A stretch of DNA of 64,000 nt from Escherichia coli (GTDB taxonomy: Bacteria; Pseudomonadota; Gammaproteobacteria; Enterobacterales; Enterobacteriaceae), in NCBI RefSeq assembly GCF_013315695.1, contig NZ_CP054353.1; one strand, 5' to 3'. Position numbers and translations under genes: made by a program. Under the pieces are notes generated by a model. That model worked only from the letters and a program-made list of their open reading frames with translations. It ran no database searches and was not told the DNA's origin. Of the stretch, positions 8,517 through 19,746 are shown one piece after another. Every line of letters begins with the position of its first letter. The stretch's first letter is position 1.

Positions 8517-11500
8517 ATGAGTAAACTTTTGGATCGCTTTCGCTACTTCAAACAAAAGGGCGAAACCTTTGCCGATGGTCACGGACAGGTGATGCATAGC
8601 AACCGCGACTGGGAGGACAGCTATCGCCAGCGTTGGCAGTTCGACAAAATCGTGCGTTCCACCCACGGTGTTAACTGTACAGGCTCCTGTAGCTGGAAAA
8701 TCTACGTTAAAAATGGTCTGGTGACCTGGGAAATCCAACAGACCGACTACCCGCGCACTCGCCCTGACCTGCCCAATCATGAACCTCGCGGCTGCCCGCG
8801 TGGCGCAAGTTACTCCTGGTATCTCTACAGCGCTAACCGTCTGAAATACCCGCTCATTCGTAAACGACTGATTGAACTGTGGCGCGAAGCCCTCAAGCAA
8901 CACAGCGATCCGGTACTGGCGTGGGCATCGATTATGAACGATCCGCAAAAGTGCCTGAGCTACAAACAAGTGCGTGGGCGCGGCGGGTTTATCCGCTCCA
9001 ACTGGCAGGAGCTAAACCAGCTGATTGCCGCTGCTAACGTCTGGACCATCAAAACTTACGGCCCGGATCGCGTTGCCGGTTTCTCGCCGATCCCGGCGAT
9101 GTCGATGGTTTCTTACGCCGCCGGAACACGTTATCTGTCGCTGTTAGGTGGCACCTGTTTAAGCTTCTACGACTGGTATTGCGACCTGCCGCCCGCCTCG
9201 CCGATGACCTGGGGCGAGCAAACCGACGTACCGGAATCTGCCGACTGGTATAACTCCAGTTACATCATCGCCTGGGGGTCTAACGTACCGCAGACACGTA
9301 CGCCGGACGCCCATTTCTTTACCGAAGTACGCTACAAAGGCACTAAAACCATCGCTATTACCCCTGACTACTCTGAAGTGGCCAAATTGTGCGACCAGTG
9401 GCTGGCACCGAAACAAGGCACTGATAGTGCCCTGGCAATGGCAATGGGCCATGTCATTTTAAAAGAGTTTCATCTCGATAATCCCAGCGATTATTTTATC
9501 AACTACTGCCGCCGCTACAGCGACATGCCGATGCTGGTAATGCTGGAACCTCGCGACGACGGCAGCTACGTACCCGGGCGCATGATCCGCGCGTCTGACC
9601 TGGTAGATGGACTGGGCGAAAGCAACAATCCGCAGTGGAAAACCGTGGCGGTTAATACCGCAGGTGAACTGGTGGTGCCGAACGGTTCGATTGGTTTTCG
9701 CTGGGGAGAAAAAGGCAAATGGAATCTGGAATCCATTGCCGCCGGTACGGAAACCGAATTGTCGTTAACTCTGCTCGGTCAACATGATGCCGTTGCAGGC
9801 GTGGCCTTCCCCTACTTTGGCGGCATTGAAAATCCGCATTTTCGCCGCGTAAAACACAATCCGGTCCTGGTGCGCCAATTGCCCGTTAAAAACCTGACAT
9901 TAGCCGATGGCAACACCTGTCCGGTCGTCAGCGTTTATGATTTGGTACTGGCGAATTATGGCCTCGATCGCGGGCTGGAAGATGAAAACAGCGCGAAAGA
10001 TTACGCTGAAATCAAACCGTACACCCCAGCCTGGGGTGAGCAAATTACCGGCGTGCCGCGCCAGTATATTGAAACCATCGCCCGTGAATTTGCCGATACC
10101 GCCCATAAAACGCATGGGCGTTCGATGATTATTCTCGGTGCTGGCGTCAACCATTGGTATCACATGGACATGAACTACCGCGGGATGATCAATATGCTGA
10201 TCTTCTGCGGTTGTGTCGGGCAAAGCGGTGGCGGCTGGGCACACTATGTCGGTCAGGAAAAACTGCGCCCGCAAACCGGCTGGCTGCCTCTGGCTTTTGC
10301 GCTCGACTGGAACCGACCACCGCGCCAGATGAACAGCACCTCGTTTTTCTACAATCATTCCAGCCAATGGCGCTATGAAAAAGTCTCTGCTCAGGAGTTA
10401 CTTTCACCGCTTGCCGATGCCAGTAAGTACAGCGGTCATCTGATTGATTTCAACGTTCGCGCCGAACGTATGGGCTGGCTACCTTCTGCGCCGCAGTTGG
10501 GGCGTAATCCGCTCGGGATTAAAGCTGAAGCCGACAAGGCCGGATTATCTCCCACAGAATTCACCACCCAGGCGCTGAAATCGGGCGATTTACGTATGGC
10601 CTGCGAACAACCCGATAGCGGCAGCAATCATCCGCGTAATTTGTTTGTCTGGCGTTCTAACCTGCTTGGTTCCTCCGGCAAAGGCCACGAGTATATGCAG
10701 AAGTATCTGCTGGGGACCGAAAGCGGGATTCAGGGCGAGGAACTCGGTGCCAGCGACGGGATCAAACCGGAAGAAGTCGAGTGGCAAACTGCGGCGATTG
10801 AAGGCAAGCTCGACCTGCTGGTGACGCTCGACTTCCGCATGTCCAGTACCTGCCTGTTCTCCGATATCGTTCTGCCCACCGCCACCTGGTACGAAAAAGA
10901 CGATATGAACACCTCGGATATGCATCCGTTTATTCATCCGCTTTCTGCGGCGGTCGATCCGGCGTGGGAATCACGCAGCGACTGGGAAATCTACAAAGGT
11001 ATCGCCAAAGCATTTTCGCAACTGTGCGTGGGTCATCTTGGCAAAGAAACCGACGTGGTATTACAACCACTGCTGCATGACTCTCCGGCAGAACTCTCCC
11101 AGCCGTGTGAAGTGCTCGACTGGCGCAAAGGCGAATGCGATCTAATCCCGGGTAAAACCGCGCCCAATATTGTGGCGGTGGAACGCGACTACCCTGCTAC
11201 CTATGAACGCTTTACCTCGCTCGGGCCATTGATGGACAAACTTGGCAACGGCGGTAAAGGGATTTCGTGGAATACCCAGGATGAAATCGATTTCCTCGGC
11301 AAACTCAACTACACCAAGCGTGAAGGCCCGGCACAGGGGCGTCCGCTGATTGACACCGCCATTGACGCATCAGAAGTGATTCTGGCTCTTGCACCGGAAA
11401 CCAACGGTCATGTTGCAGTCAAAGCGTGGCAGGCGCTGGGCGAGATCACCGGACGCGAACATACCCATCTGGCGCTGCACAAAGAGGACGAGAAGATTCG

Positions 11501-12257
11501 CTTTCGCGATATTCAGGCGCAGCCACGTAAAATTATCTCCAGCCCCACATGGTCCGGTCTGGAAAGCGATCACGTTTCCTATAACGCGGGATACACCAAC
11601 GTTCATGAGTTAATTCCGTGGCGCACGCTGTCGGGACGCCAGCAGCTCTATCAGGATCATCCGTGGATGCGTGCTTTTGGTGAAAGTCTGGTGGCTTATC
11701 GCCCGCCTATCGACACCCGTAGCGTCAGTGAAATGCGCCAGATACCGCCAAACGGCTTCCCGGAGAAAGCCCTTAACTTCCTGACACCGCACCAGAAATG
11801 GGGCATTCACTCAACCTACAGTGAAAACCTGCTAATGCTGACGCTCTCTCGCGGTGGACCGATTGTCTGGATCAGCGAAACCGATGCCCGTGAACTGACC
11901 ATTGTCGATAACGACTGGGTGGAAGTGTTTAACGCCAATGGCGCGCTGACGGCCCGCGCGGTGGTCAGCCAGCGTGTACCGCCGGGCATGACCATGATGT
12001 ATCACGCTCAGGAACGCATTATGAATATTCCAGGTTCGGAAGTAACCGGCATGCGCGGTGGCATTCATAACTCGGTCACCCGCGTTTGTCCGAAACCAAC
12101 GCATATGATTGGCGGTTACGCGCAGCTGGCCTGGGGCTTTAACTACTACGGCACTGTCGGCTCTAACCGCGACGAATTCATCATGATCCGCAAGATGAAG
12201 AACGTTAACTGGCTGGATGATGAAGGTCGCGATCAGGTACAGGAGGCGAAAAAATGA
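8517..12257 (+). CDS. narZ: Respiratory nitrate reductase Z alpha subunit
   Basis: Start MSKLLDRFRYFKQKGETF inside track ORF; FS0 cluster motif HGVNCTGSCSWK; 1246 aa. Confidence 0.92.
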   Translation: MSKLLDRFRYFKQKGETFADGHGQVMHSNRDWEDSYRQRWQFDKIVRSTHGVNCTGSCSWKIYVKNGLVTWEIQQTDYPRTRPDLPNHEPRGCPRGASYSWYLYSANRLKYPLIRKRLIELWREALKQHSDPVLAWASIMNDPQKCLSYKQVRGRGGFIRSNWQELNQLIAAANVWTIKTYGPDRVAGFSPIPAMSMVSYAAGTRYLSLLGGTCLSFYDWYCDLPPASPMTWGEQTDVPESADWYNSSYIIAWGSNVPQTRTPDAHFFTEVRYKGTKTIAITPDYSEVAKLCDQWLAPKQGTDSALAMAMGHVILKEFHLDNPSDYFINYCRRYSDMPMLVMLEPRDDGSYVPGRMIRASDLVDGLGESNNPQWKTVAVNTAGELVVPNGSIGFRWGEKGKWNLESIAAGTETELSLTLLGQHDAVAGVAFPYFGGIENPHFRRVKHNPVLVRQLPVKNLTLADGNTCPVVSVYDLVLANYGLDRGLEDENSAKDYAEIKPYTPAWGEQITGVPRQYIETIAREFADTAHKTHGRSMIILGAGVNHWYHMDMNYRGMINMLIFCGCVGQSGGGWAHYVGQEKLRPQTGWLPLAFALDWNRPPRQMNSTSFFYNHSSQWRYEKVSAQELLSPLADASKYSGHLIDFNVRAERMGWLPSAPQLGRNPLGIKAEADKAGLSPTEFTTQALKSGDLRMACEQPDSGSNHPRNLFVWRSNLLGSSGKGHEYMQKYLLGTESGIQGEELGASDGIKPEEVEWQTAAIEGKLDLLVTLDFRMSSTCLFSDIVLPTATWYEKDDMNTSDMHPFIHPLSAAVDPAWESRSDWEIYKGIAKAFSQLCVGHLGKETDVVLQPLLHDSPAELSQPCEVLDWRKGECDLIPGKTAPNIVAVERDYPATYERFTSLGPLMDKLGNGGKGISWNTQDEIDFLGKLNYTKREGPAQGRPLIDTAIDASEVILALAPETNGHVAVKAWQALGEITGREHTHLALHKEDEKIRFRDIQAQPRKIISSPTWSGLESDHVSYNAGYTNVHELIPWRTLSGRQQLYQDHPWMRAFGESLVAYRPPIDTRSVSEMRQIPPNGFPEKALNFLTPHQKWGIHSTYSENLLMLTLSRGGPIVWISETDARELTIVDNDWVEVFNANGALTARAVVSQRVPPGMTMMYHAQERIMNIPGSEVTGMRGGIHNSVTRVCPKPTHMIGGYAQLAWGFNYYGTVGSNRDEFIMIRKMKNVNWLDDEGRDQVQEAKK

Positions 12258-13798
12258 AAATACGTTCGCAAGTCGGCATGGTGCTTAACCTCGATAAATG
12301 TATCGGCTGCCATACCTGTTCGGTGACCTGTAAAAACGTCTGGACCGGACGCGAAGGCATGGAGTACGCATGGTTTAACAACGTCGAAACCAAACCGGGC
12401 ATTGGTTATCCGAAAAACTGGGAAGATCAGGAAGAGTGGCAAGGCGGCTGGGTGCGTGATGTGAATGGCAAGATCCGCCCGCGTCTGGGCAGCAAGATGG
12501 GCGTAATAACCAAAATCTTCGCCAACCCGGTGGTGCCGCAGATTGATGATTACTACGAACCTTTCACCTTCGACTACGAACATTTGCATAGCGCACCGGA
12601 AGGCAAACATATCCCTACTGCTCGCCCGCGTTCACTGATTGACGGCAAACGGATGGACAAAGTGATCTGGGGGCCAAACTGGGAAGAATTGTTGGGCGGC
12701 GAATTCGAAAAACGCGCCCGTGACCGCAACTTCGAGGCCATGCAAAAGGAGATGTACGGGCAGTTTGAAAACACCTTCATGATGTACCTGCCGCGCTTGT
12801 GCGAACACTGCCTCAATCCCAGTTGCGTGGCGACCTGCCCAAGCGGCGCTATCTACAAACGCGAAGAAGACGGCATTGTGCTGATCGATCAGGATAAATG
12901 CCGTGGCTGGCGTTTGTGCATTAGCGGTTGTCCGTACAAAAAAATCTACTTCAACTGGAAAAGCGGCAAGTCAGAAAAATGCATCTTCTGTTATCCGCGA
13001 ATTGAGTCAGGCCAACCCACCGTGTGCTCAGAAACCTGCGTGGGTCGCATCCGATATCTGGGCGTGCTGCTTTACGACGCTGACCGCATCGAGGAAGCGG
13101 CGAGCACCGAGCGCGAAGTTGACCTCTATGAACGCCAGTGCGAAGTATTCCTCGATCCACACGATCCCTCAGTGATCGAGGAAGCCCTGAAACAAGGTAT
13201 TCCACAAAACGTGATTGACGCTGCCCAGCGTTCGCCAGTCTACAAAATGGCAATGGACTGGAAACTGGCGCTACCGCTGCACCCTGAATACCGCACCCTG
13301 CCGATGGTCTGGTACGTTCCGCCGCTGTCACCGATTCAGTCCTACGCTGATGCGGGAGGTTTGCCGAAAAGCGAAGGCGTGCTGCCCGCCATCGAAAGCC
13401 TGCGTATTCCGGTGCAATATCTCGCCAATATGTTGAGTGCCGGTGATACCGGTCCGGTACTGCGGGCGCTGAAACGGATGATGGCGATGCGCCACTATAT
13501 GCGTTCACAAACCGTGGAAGGCGTTACTGATACTCGTGCCATCGACGAAGTAGGTCTGAGCGTCGCCCAGGTCGAAGAGATGTATCGTTACCTCGCCATT
13601 GCCAACTATGAAGACCGTTTTGTCATTCCAACCAGTCATCGGGAAATGGCGGGCGATGCCTTCGCAGAACGCAACGGCTGCGGTTTTACCTTTGGCGACG
13701 GTTGCCACGGCTCGGACAGCAAATTCAACCTGTTCAACAGTAGCCGTATCGATGCCATCAACATCACCGAAGTGCGCGACAAAGCGGAGGGCGAATAA
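12254..13798 (+). CDS. narY: Respiratory nitrate reductase Z beta subunit (Fe-S)
   Basis: 514 aa, multiple Cys clusters (CIGCHTCSVTCK etc.), overlaps narZ stop by 4 nt. Confidence 0.92.
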   Translation: MKIRSQVGMVLNLDKCIGCHTCSVTCKNVWTGREGMEYAWFNNVETKPGIGYPKNWEDQEEWQGGWVRDVNGKIRPRLGSKMGVITKIFANPVVPQIDDYYEPFTFDYEHLHSAPEGKHIPTARPRSLIDGKRMDKVIWGPNWEELLGGEFEKRARDRNFEAMQKEMYGQFENTFMMYLPRLCEHCLNPSCVATCPSGAIYKREEDGIVLIDQDKCRGWRLCISGCPYKKIYFNWKSGKSEKCIFCYPRIESGQPTVCSETCVGRIRYLGVLLYDADRIEEAASTEREVDLYERQCEVFLDPHDPSVIEEALKQGIPQNVIDAAQRSPVYKMAMDWKLALPLHPEYRTLPMVWYVPPLSPIQSYADAGGLPKSEGVLPAIESLRIPVQYLANMLSAGDTGPVLRALKRMMAMRHYMRSQTVEGVTDTRAIDEVGLSVAQVEEMYRYLAIANYEDRFVIPTSHREMAGDAFAERNGCGFTFGDGCHGSDSKFNLFNSSRIDAINITEVRDKAEGE

Positions 13799-14493
13799 TG
13801 CAGATCCTCAAAGTGATCGGCCTGTTGATGGAGTATCCGGACGAGCTGTTGTGGGAATGTAAGGAGGACGCGCTGGCGTTGATCCGCCGCGACGCACCGA
13901 TGCTTACGGATTTTACCCGCAACCTGCTTAACGCGCCGCTGCTGGATAAACAGGCCGAATGGTGCGAAGTGTTTGACCGTGGACGTACCACATCGCTGCT
14001 GCTGTTCGAACATGTTCATGCCGAGTCCCGCGATCGCGGCCAGGCAATGGTGGACCTGCTGGCGGAGTATGAAAAGGTCGGCCTGCAGTTGGATTGTCGA
14101 GAACTGCCCGATTATCTACCGCTGTATCTGGAGTACTTAAGCGTACTGCCGGACGATCAGGCGAAAGAAGGCTTGCTCAACGTTGCGCCGATCCTCGCCC
14201 TGCTTGGCGGACGCTTAAAACAACGCGAGGCTCCGTGGCATTCGTTGTTTGACGCCCTGCTGCAACTGGCGGGAAGTACACTTTCAAGTGACAGTGTCAC
14301 AAAACAAGTAAACAACGAGGAGCGCGATGACACCCGCCAGGCGCTGGATGCGGTGTGGGAAGAAGAACAGGTGAAGTTTATTGAAGATAACGCCACGGCG
14401 TGTGACAGCTCGCCGCTTAATCAATATCAGCGACGCTTTAGCCAGGATGTCGCGCCGCAGTATGTCGACATCAGTGCGGGAGGTGGGAAATGA
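13798..14493 (+). CDS. narW: Nitrate reductase Z assembly chaperone (delta)
   Basis: 231 aa NarJ-family protein, 1-nt overlap with narY. Confidence 0.9.
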   Translation: MQILKVIGLLMEYPDELLWECKEDALALIRRDAPMLTDFTRNLLNAPLLDKQAEWCEVFDRGRTTSLLLFEHVHAESRDRGQAMVDLLAEYEKVGLQLDCRELPDYLPLYLEYLSVLPDDQAKEGLLNVAPILALLGGRLKQREAPWHSLFDALLQLAGSTLSSDSVTKQVNNEERDDTRQALDAVWEEEQVKFIEDNATACDSSPLNQYQRRFSQDVAPQYVDISAGGGK

Positions 14494-15170
14494 TTCAGTA
14501 TCTGAACGTCTTTTTTTATGATATCTACCCGTACTTGTGTGGCACGGTTTTTATCCTTGGAAGCTGGCTGCGCTACGATTACGGGCAGTATACCTGGCGC
14601 GCCGCCTCCAGCCAGATGCTGGATAAACGCGGGATGGTGCTGTGGTCGAACTTGTTCCATATCGGCATTCTGGGGATCTTCTTCGGTCATCTGTTCGGCA
14701 TGTTAACGCCGCACTGGATGTACGCGTGGTTTCTGCCGGTGGCGGTAAAACAGCAGATGGCGATGATCCTCGGCGGAATATGCGGGGTATTGACGCTGAT
14801 TGGCGGTGCGGGGCTACTGGTGCGTCGTTTAACAAATCCGCGTATCAGGGCGACGTCTTCTGGTGCGGATATCCTGATCCTCGCCATTTTGTTAATTCAG
14901 TGCATTCTTGGGTTAACCACCATTCCTTTTTCAGCACAACATCCGGACGGCAGTGAAATGATGAAGCTGGTGGGCTGGGCGCAAAGCATTGTCACTTTCC
15001 AGGGCGGTGCATCTACGCATCTTGATGGTGTCGCCTTTATATTCCGCGTTCATCTGGTGCTTGGAATGACCATCTTTCTGCTCTTCCCGTTCACCCGACT
15101 GGTGCATGTCTGGAGCGCGCCGTTTGAGTACTTTACTCGTCGGTATCAGATTGTGCGTTCGCGGCGTTAA
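14490..15170 (+). CDS. narV: Respiratory nitrate reductase Z gamma subunit (cytochrome b)
   Basis: 226 aa membrane heme protein, ATGA overlap with narW. Confidence 0.9.
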   Translation: MIQYLNVFFYDIYPYLCGTVFILGSWLRYDYGQYTWRAASSQMLDKRGMVLWSNLFHIGILGIFFGHLFGMLTPHWMYAWFLPVAVKQQMAMILGGICGVLTLIGGAGLLVRRLTNPRIRATSSGADILILAILLIQCILGLTTIPFSAQHPDGSEMMKLVGWAQSIVTFQGGASTHLDGVAFIFRVHLVLGMTIFLLFPFTRLVHVWSAPFEYFTRRYQIVRSRR

Positions 15171-15249
15171 TTCTCACGCGGGCCGGATAGCCCTTCGCTC
15201 TCCGGCCACTTGCAGGCTATGATAGTTCTCCAGCCACAGGAGAACGTTA

Positions 15250-16143
15250 ATGAAACCGCAGGTGTACCACGTCGATGCTTTTACCTCTCAACCGTTTCGC
15301 GGCAATTCTGCCGGTGTTGTTTTCCCCGCCGATAATCTCAGCGAAGCGCAAATGCAGCTTATCGCCCGCGAATTAGGTCATTCCGAAACTGCTTTTCTGC
15401 TGCACAGCGACGACAGCGATGTGCGCATCCGCTACTTTACGCCAACGGTTGAAGTGCCGATTTGTGGTCACGCGACAGTAGCTGCGCACTATGTACGTGC
15501 AAAGGTGTTAGATTTAGGAAATTGCACGGTCTGGCAAACGTCACTGGCAGGAAAACACCGCGTGACTATCGAAAAGCATAACGATGATTATCGTATTTCG
15601 CTGGAACAAGGTACGCCGGGCTTTGAGCCACCGCTGGAAGGTGAAACACGAGCGGCGATTATCAACGCGCTTCATCTCACTGAAGACGATATTTTGCCTG
15701 GCTTGCCAATTCAGGTGGCAACCACAGGACACTCAAAAGTGATGATCCCACTGAAACCAGAAGTGGATATCGACGCCCTTTCGCCTGATCTTGCTGCGCT
15801 GACCGCTATCAGCAAACAGATTGGCTGCAATGGTTTCTTCCCGTTCCAGATCCGCCCAGGCAAAAACGAAACCGACGGTCGTATGTTCTCGCCTGCCATT
15901 GGTATTGTGGAAGATCCGGTGACCGGCAATGCCAATGGCCCGATGGGTGCATGGTTAGTACATCACAACGTATTGCCACACGATGGCAACGTGTTGCGTG
16001 TTAAAGGCCATCAGGGGCGCGCATTAGGGCGTGACGGCGTGATTGAAGTGACGGTGACAATTCGTGATAACCAACCGGAGAAAGTCACCATTTCTGGCAC
16101 GGCGGTGATTTTGTTTCATGCCGAATGGGCAATTGAACTCTGA
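15250..16143 (+). CDS. yddE: PhzF-family isomerase-like protein
   Basis: 297 aa, synteny downstream of narV. Confidence 0.85.
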   Translation: MKPQVYHVDAFTSQPFRGNSAGVVFPADNLSEAQMQLIARELGHSETAFLLHSDDSDVRIRYFTPTVEVPICGHATVAAHYVRAKVLDLGNCTVWQTSLAGKHRVTIEKHNDDYRISLEQGTPGFEPPLEGETRAAIINALHLTEDDILPGLPIQVATTGHSKVMIPLKPEVDIDALSPDLAALTAISKQIGCNGFFPFQIRPGKNETDGRMFSPAIGIVEDPVTGNANGPMGAWLVHHNVLPHDGNVLRVKGHQGRALGRDGVIEVTVTIRDNQPEKVTISGTAVILFHAEWAIEL

Positions 16144-16150
16144 AACCGTT

Positions 16151-16228
16151 GCCTGATGCGCTTCGCTTATCAGGCCTACAACCGGACTAATGTATGCCGG
16201 ATTAGGCATTTACGCCACATCCGGCAAC
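16151..16228. repeat. BIME (two inverted REP units) between yddE and nhoA
   Basis: gcctgatgcgcttcgcttatcaggcctac and tgccggattaggcatttacgccacatccggca read in sequence. Confidence 0.65.
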
Positions 16229-16238
16229 CTGACATAAA

Positions 16239-17084
16239 TTATTTTCCCGCCTCCGGGTGCGTATCAAACGCCGCCATCACCAGCGCTAACTCATCCACAG
16301 TAAAGCCATGTTTCACATCATCCACGCCCAGACCAAACTGTTCCTGCATCACGGCATATAACGACGCCACATCTGGTAGATTTCGCTGCTCAACTGCGTG
16401 CCCATTTTCATAATGGGTAAAATGAAAATTGGTCAGCGTTAGCTTGCCACCGTCCGGCAAATGGCGACACATCAGCAAATGATGGCGAAAATGAGACTGC
16501 GGCCAGTGCGCCGACCAGAAATTGCCCATCACATAATCGCTTTGTTGCTGCTCGCAGAGATCAAAACGGTACATCGACTGCCAGTGCTGATGATGATTAA
16601 ACTGCAACACCCAATCATCACCCTCCTGTAACAACCGATACTCTCCGTGTGGCGTGAACTGCACGAGATCGGGAACTAAACGAATCGGCGCGGTTAGCGT
16701 CTGCCCACCGAAGCCGACATCAGCAATCCATTTTTCCCCTTCCAGTTCCACCAACAGCAAACGATGGGTGCGCGGCGGTAATGCTGGCGGATTTGATAAC
16801 ACTACGCGCCCTAACAAGCTGCGAACGTTAAACCCCAGCTCGCATAACACCCGCTCAAACACGCCATTCTGCTCAAAACAGTAACCGCCACGATGGGCTG
16901 TCACCAGTTTTTCTTCCAGCGATTGATCATCAAGCTGTATTTCCCTCGGCAGCAAAACGTCGAGGTTTTCAAACGGAATAGTGCAATTGTGTTTCAGGTG
17001 CAATGCACGCAGCGTATCAATATTGACCGCAGCAGCTCCCGACCAGTTAATACGGGCAAAATAATGATTCAGAATGGGCGTCAT
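16239..17084 (-). CDS. nhoA: Arylamine N-acetyltransferase (N-hydroxyarylamine O-acetyltransferase)
   Basis: 281 aa, NAT family, synteny. Confidence 0.88.
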   Translation of the reverse strand: MTPILNHYFARINWSGAAAVNIDTLRALHLKHNCTIPFENLDVLLPREIQLDDQSLEEKLVTAHRGGYCFEQNGVFERVLCELGFNVRSLLGRVVLSNPPALPPRTHRLLLVELEGEKWIADVGFGGQTLTAPIRLVPDLVQFTPHGEYRLLQEGDDWVLQFNHHQHWQSMYRFDLCEQQQSDYVMGNFWSAHWPQSHFRHHLLMCRHLPDGGKLTLTNFHFTHYENGHAVEQRNLPDVASLYAVMQEQFGLGVDDVKHGFTVDELALVMAAFDTHPEAGK

Positions 17085-17258
17085 CAGGCGTTTCCCTTAG
17101 TGGTTTTCTCAACTTATAACCTGGAATAGACGCCGCACCGGCTATTTTGTGCGATCGCGGACATGCATCACGTTCGCAAATCGCCAATCCCGTTAATTTC
17201 GTTACTTATTGCGTTACGAGCTACGCTTTTAAAACACCCTTCATAGCGAGGCGATATC

Positions 17259-17828
17259 GTGAGCCAATTCATTCCCGTCGAATTACACCATGCCAGCCGT
17301 CTGTTAAATCATGGCCCAACTGTCTTGATCACCAGTTTCGATGAGCAATCCCAGCGGCGTAACATTATGGCTGCAGCCTGGTCAATGCCGGTGGAGTTTG
17401 AACCTCCACGCGTCGCGATTGTGGTAGATAAGTCGACATGGACCAGGGAGTTGATTGAGCGTAACGGTAAATTTGGCATCGTTATCCCAGGCGTTGCAGC
17501 GACTAACTGGACGTGGGCAGTGGGAAGTGTATCTGGGCGTGAAGAGGATAAATTTAATTGCTATGGCATTCCGGTGGTGGAAGGTCCGGTGCTTGGTTTG
17601 CCACTTGTTGAAGAGAAATGTCTGGCGTGGATGGAGTGCCGATTGCTACCAGCGACTTCCGCGCAAGAGAAATACGACACGCTGTTTGGCGAAGTGGTAT
17701 CAGCAGCGGCAGACGCACGGGTATTTGTCGAAGGCCGCTGGCAGTTTGATGATGATAAGCTCAATACGTTGCATCATTTAGGCGCTGGCACGTTTGTTAC
17801 CAGCGGCAAGCGTGTTACGGCAGGTTAA
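17259..17828 (+). CDS. yddH: Flavin reductase-like domain protein
   Basis: 189 aa, synteny. Confidence 0.8.
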   Translation: MSQFIPVELHHASRLLNHGPTVLITSFDEQSQRRNIMAAAWSMPVEFEPPRVAIVVDKSTWTRELIERNGKFGIVIPGVAATNWTWAVGSVSGREEDKFNCYGIPVVEGPVLGLPLVEEKCLAWMECRLLPATSAQEKYDTLFGEVVSAAADARVFVEGRWQFDDDKLNTLHHLGAGTFVTSGKRVTAG

Positions 17829-17831
17829 GCA

Positions 17832-18059
17832 TTACATGCTGTAACCAGGTTTCTTTATCAGCGTCTCCATTTGGGGCGCAATTTCGGCGTCCCAGATAGC
17901 TTGCCATGATTCTGGTTGAATCTGCTGTAGAGCAATGCTTATCGAACTGTCTTTACTGTTCAGATGGCGAATAATAACGTCGGTAATATCTGCAGCAAGT
18001 GCTGCTTTTTGTTGTTCGTCCAGTTCACGTGGAAAACATTTAATGTCTATGTGCGGCAT
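17832..18059 (-). CDS. pptA: 4-oxalocrotonate tautomerase-family protein
   Basis: Starts [18 protein letters not shown] (internal Met of track ORF 17832..18098); N-terminal Pro after Met typical of tautomerases. Confidence 0.85.
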   Translation of the reverse strand: MPHIDIKCFPRELDEQQKAALAADITDVIIRHLNSKDSSISIALQQIQPESWQAIWDAEIAPQMETLIKKPGYSM

Positions 18060-18363
18060 GATTGTGCTCCTTTTGAAAGATGTCAGTAAAATTAACACAC
18101 GTTGTGAATGTTATGTGTCCGGTGATGCTTTTTTACGGCAATAATGCCTACTTGAATTTGTACAGGTTTGTACTACACCCTTTTAAATAAAGCGCCAACA
18201 AAAACGTCAACTTGCAGAATATATTCTTCGCCAACATGCCATTAAGAAAACATCAAGTTCCCAGCTTGCCAATTTATTAACGCCCATTATAGTTATTCTT
18301 GCCCTCACAAAAATTTTCATCCGTAATTACCCCCAATAAAAGTCCATTCTGGAGACGCTTAAG

Positions 18364-18978
18364 ATGCAGCTTAATCATATTGTTAAAAGTCTGCTAATAA
18401 CGGGATTATTCACCACCAGTTCTTTGCCACTCCTCGCGGCGGAAGCCCCTAAAGACGCCACCGCAGCCACGCAACAAGCAAACAATTTACTCTACAACCA
18501 GTTGCCGTTTTCTGATAACACTGACTTTACTGATGCCCATAAAGGTTTTGTTGCCCCTATCCCTCAAGACGTGATTAAGGGCGAAAAAGGAAATGTTATC
18601 TGGGATCCACAACAATACGCTTTTATTAAAGAAGGTGATAAAGCCCCTGATACGGTGAATCCAAGTTTATGGCGTCAGGCGCAACTGATAAATATCAGCG
18701 GGTTATTCGAAGTAACTGAAGGTGTCTATCAGATTCGCAATCTCGATCTATCAAATATGACCATCATTGAAGGCAAAGAGGGTATTACCATCGTTGATCC
18801 CCTTGTTTCAGCAGAAACAGCCAAAGTGGGTATGGATCTCTATTACAAAAATCGCGACAAAAAACCGGTAGTAGCGGTTATCTACACACACAGTCATGTC
18901 GATCACTACGGTGGTGTTCGCGGCGTAATTGATGAAGCTGACGTTAAATCAGGCAAAGTTAAAATCTACGCGCCAGCC
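18364..18978 (+). pseudogene. Alkyl/aryl-sulfatase (YjcS/BDS1-like, metallo-beta-lactamase fold) N-terminal fragment, interrupted by IS1
   Basis: Signal peptide plus MBL motif THSHVDHYGG; reading frame runs directly into IS1 left end. Confidence 0.75.
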
Positions 18979-19033
18979 GGTGATGCTGCCAACTTACTGA
19001 TTTAGTGTATGATGGTGTTTTTGAGGTGCTCCA

Positions 19034-19309
19034 GTGGCTTCTGTTTCTATCAGCTGTCCCTCCTGTTCAGCTACTGACGGGGTGGTGCGTAACGGCAAAA
19101 GCACCGCCGGACATCAGCGCTATCTCTGCTCTCACTGCCGTAAAACATGGCAACTGCAGTTCACTTACACCGCTTCTCAACCCGGTACGCACCAGAAAAT
19201 CATTGATATGGCCATGAATGGCGTTGGATGCCGGGCAACAGCCCGCATTATGGGCGTTGGCCTCAACACGATTTTACGTCACTTAAAAAACTCAGGCCGC
19301 AGTCGGTAA
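19034..19309 (+). CDS. insA: IS1 InsA
   Basis: 91-aa [43 protein letters not shown]. Confidence 0.95.
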
Positions 19310-19731
19310 CCTCGCGCATACAGCCGGGCAGTGACGTCATCGTCTGCGCGGAAATGGACGAACAGTGGGGCTATGTCGGGGCTAAATCGCGCCAGCGCTG
19401 GCTGTTTTACGCGTATGACAGGCTCCGGAAGACGGTTGTTGCGCACGTATTCGGTGAACGCACTATGGCGACGCTGGGGCGTCTTATGAGCCTGCTGTCA
19501 CCCTTTGACGTGGTGATATGGATGACGGATGGCTGGCCGCTGTATGAATCCCGCCTGAAGGGAAAGCTGCACGTAATCAGCAAGCGATATACGCAGCGAA
19601 TTGAGCGGCATAACCTGAATCTGAGGCAGCACCTGGCACGGCTGGGACGGAAGTCGCTGTCGTTCTCAAAATCGGTGGAGCTGCATGACAAAGTCATCGG
19701 GCATTATCTGAACATAAAACACTATCAATAA
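19228..19731 (+). CDS. insB: IS1 InsB (transposase made as InsAB by -1 frameshift)
   Basis: 167-aa ORF overlapping insA; A-run slippery site upstream. Confidence 0.95.
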
Positions 19732-19746
19732 GTTGGAGTCATTACC

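Larger units (their letters stand above)
18979..19746 (+). mobile_element. IS1 (768 bp), copy 1, no flanking target-site duplication
   Basis: Left end GGTGATGCTGCCAACTTACTGAT, right end ...ATCAATAAGTTGGAGTCATTACC; insA/insB ORFs; flanks gcgccagcc / gaagctctc differ. Confidence 0.95.

Noticed and set aside
12951-13508. 185-aa minus-strand ORF
   Set aside because: Antisense within narY.
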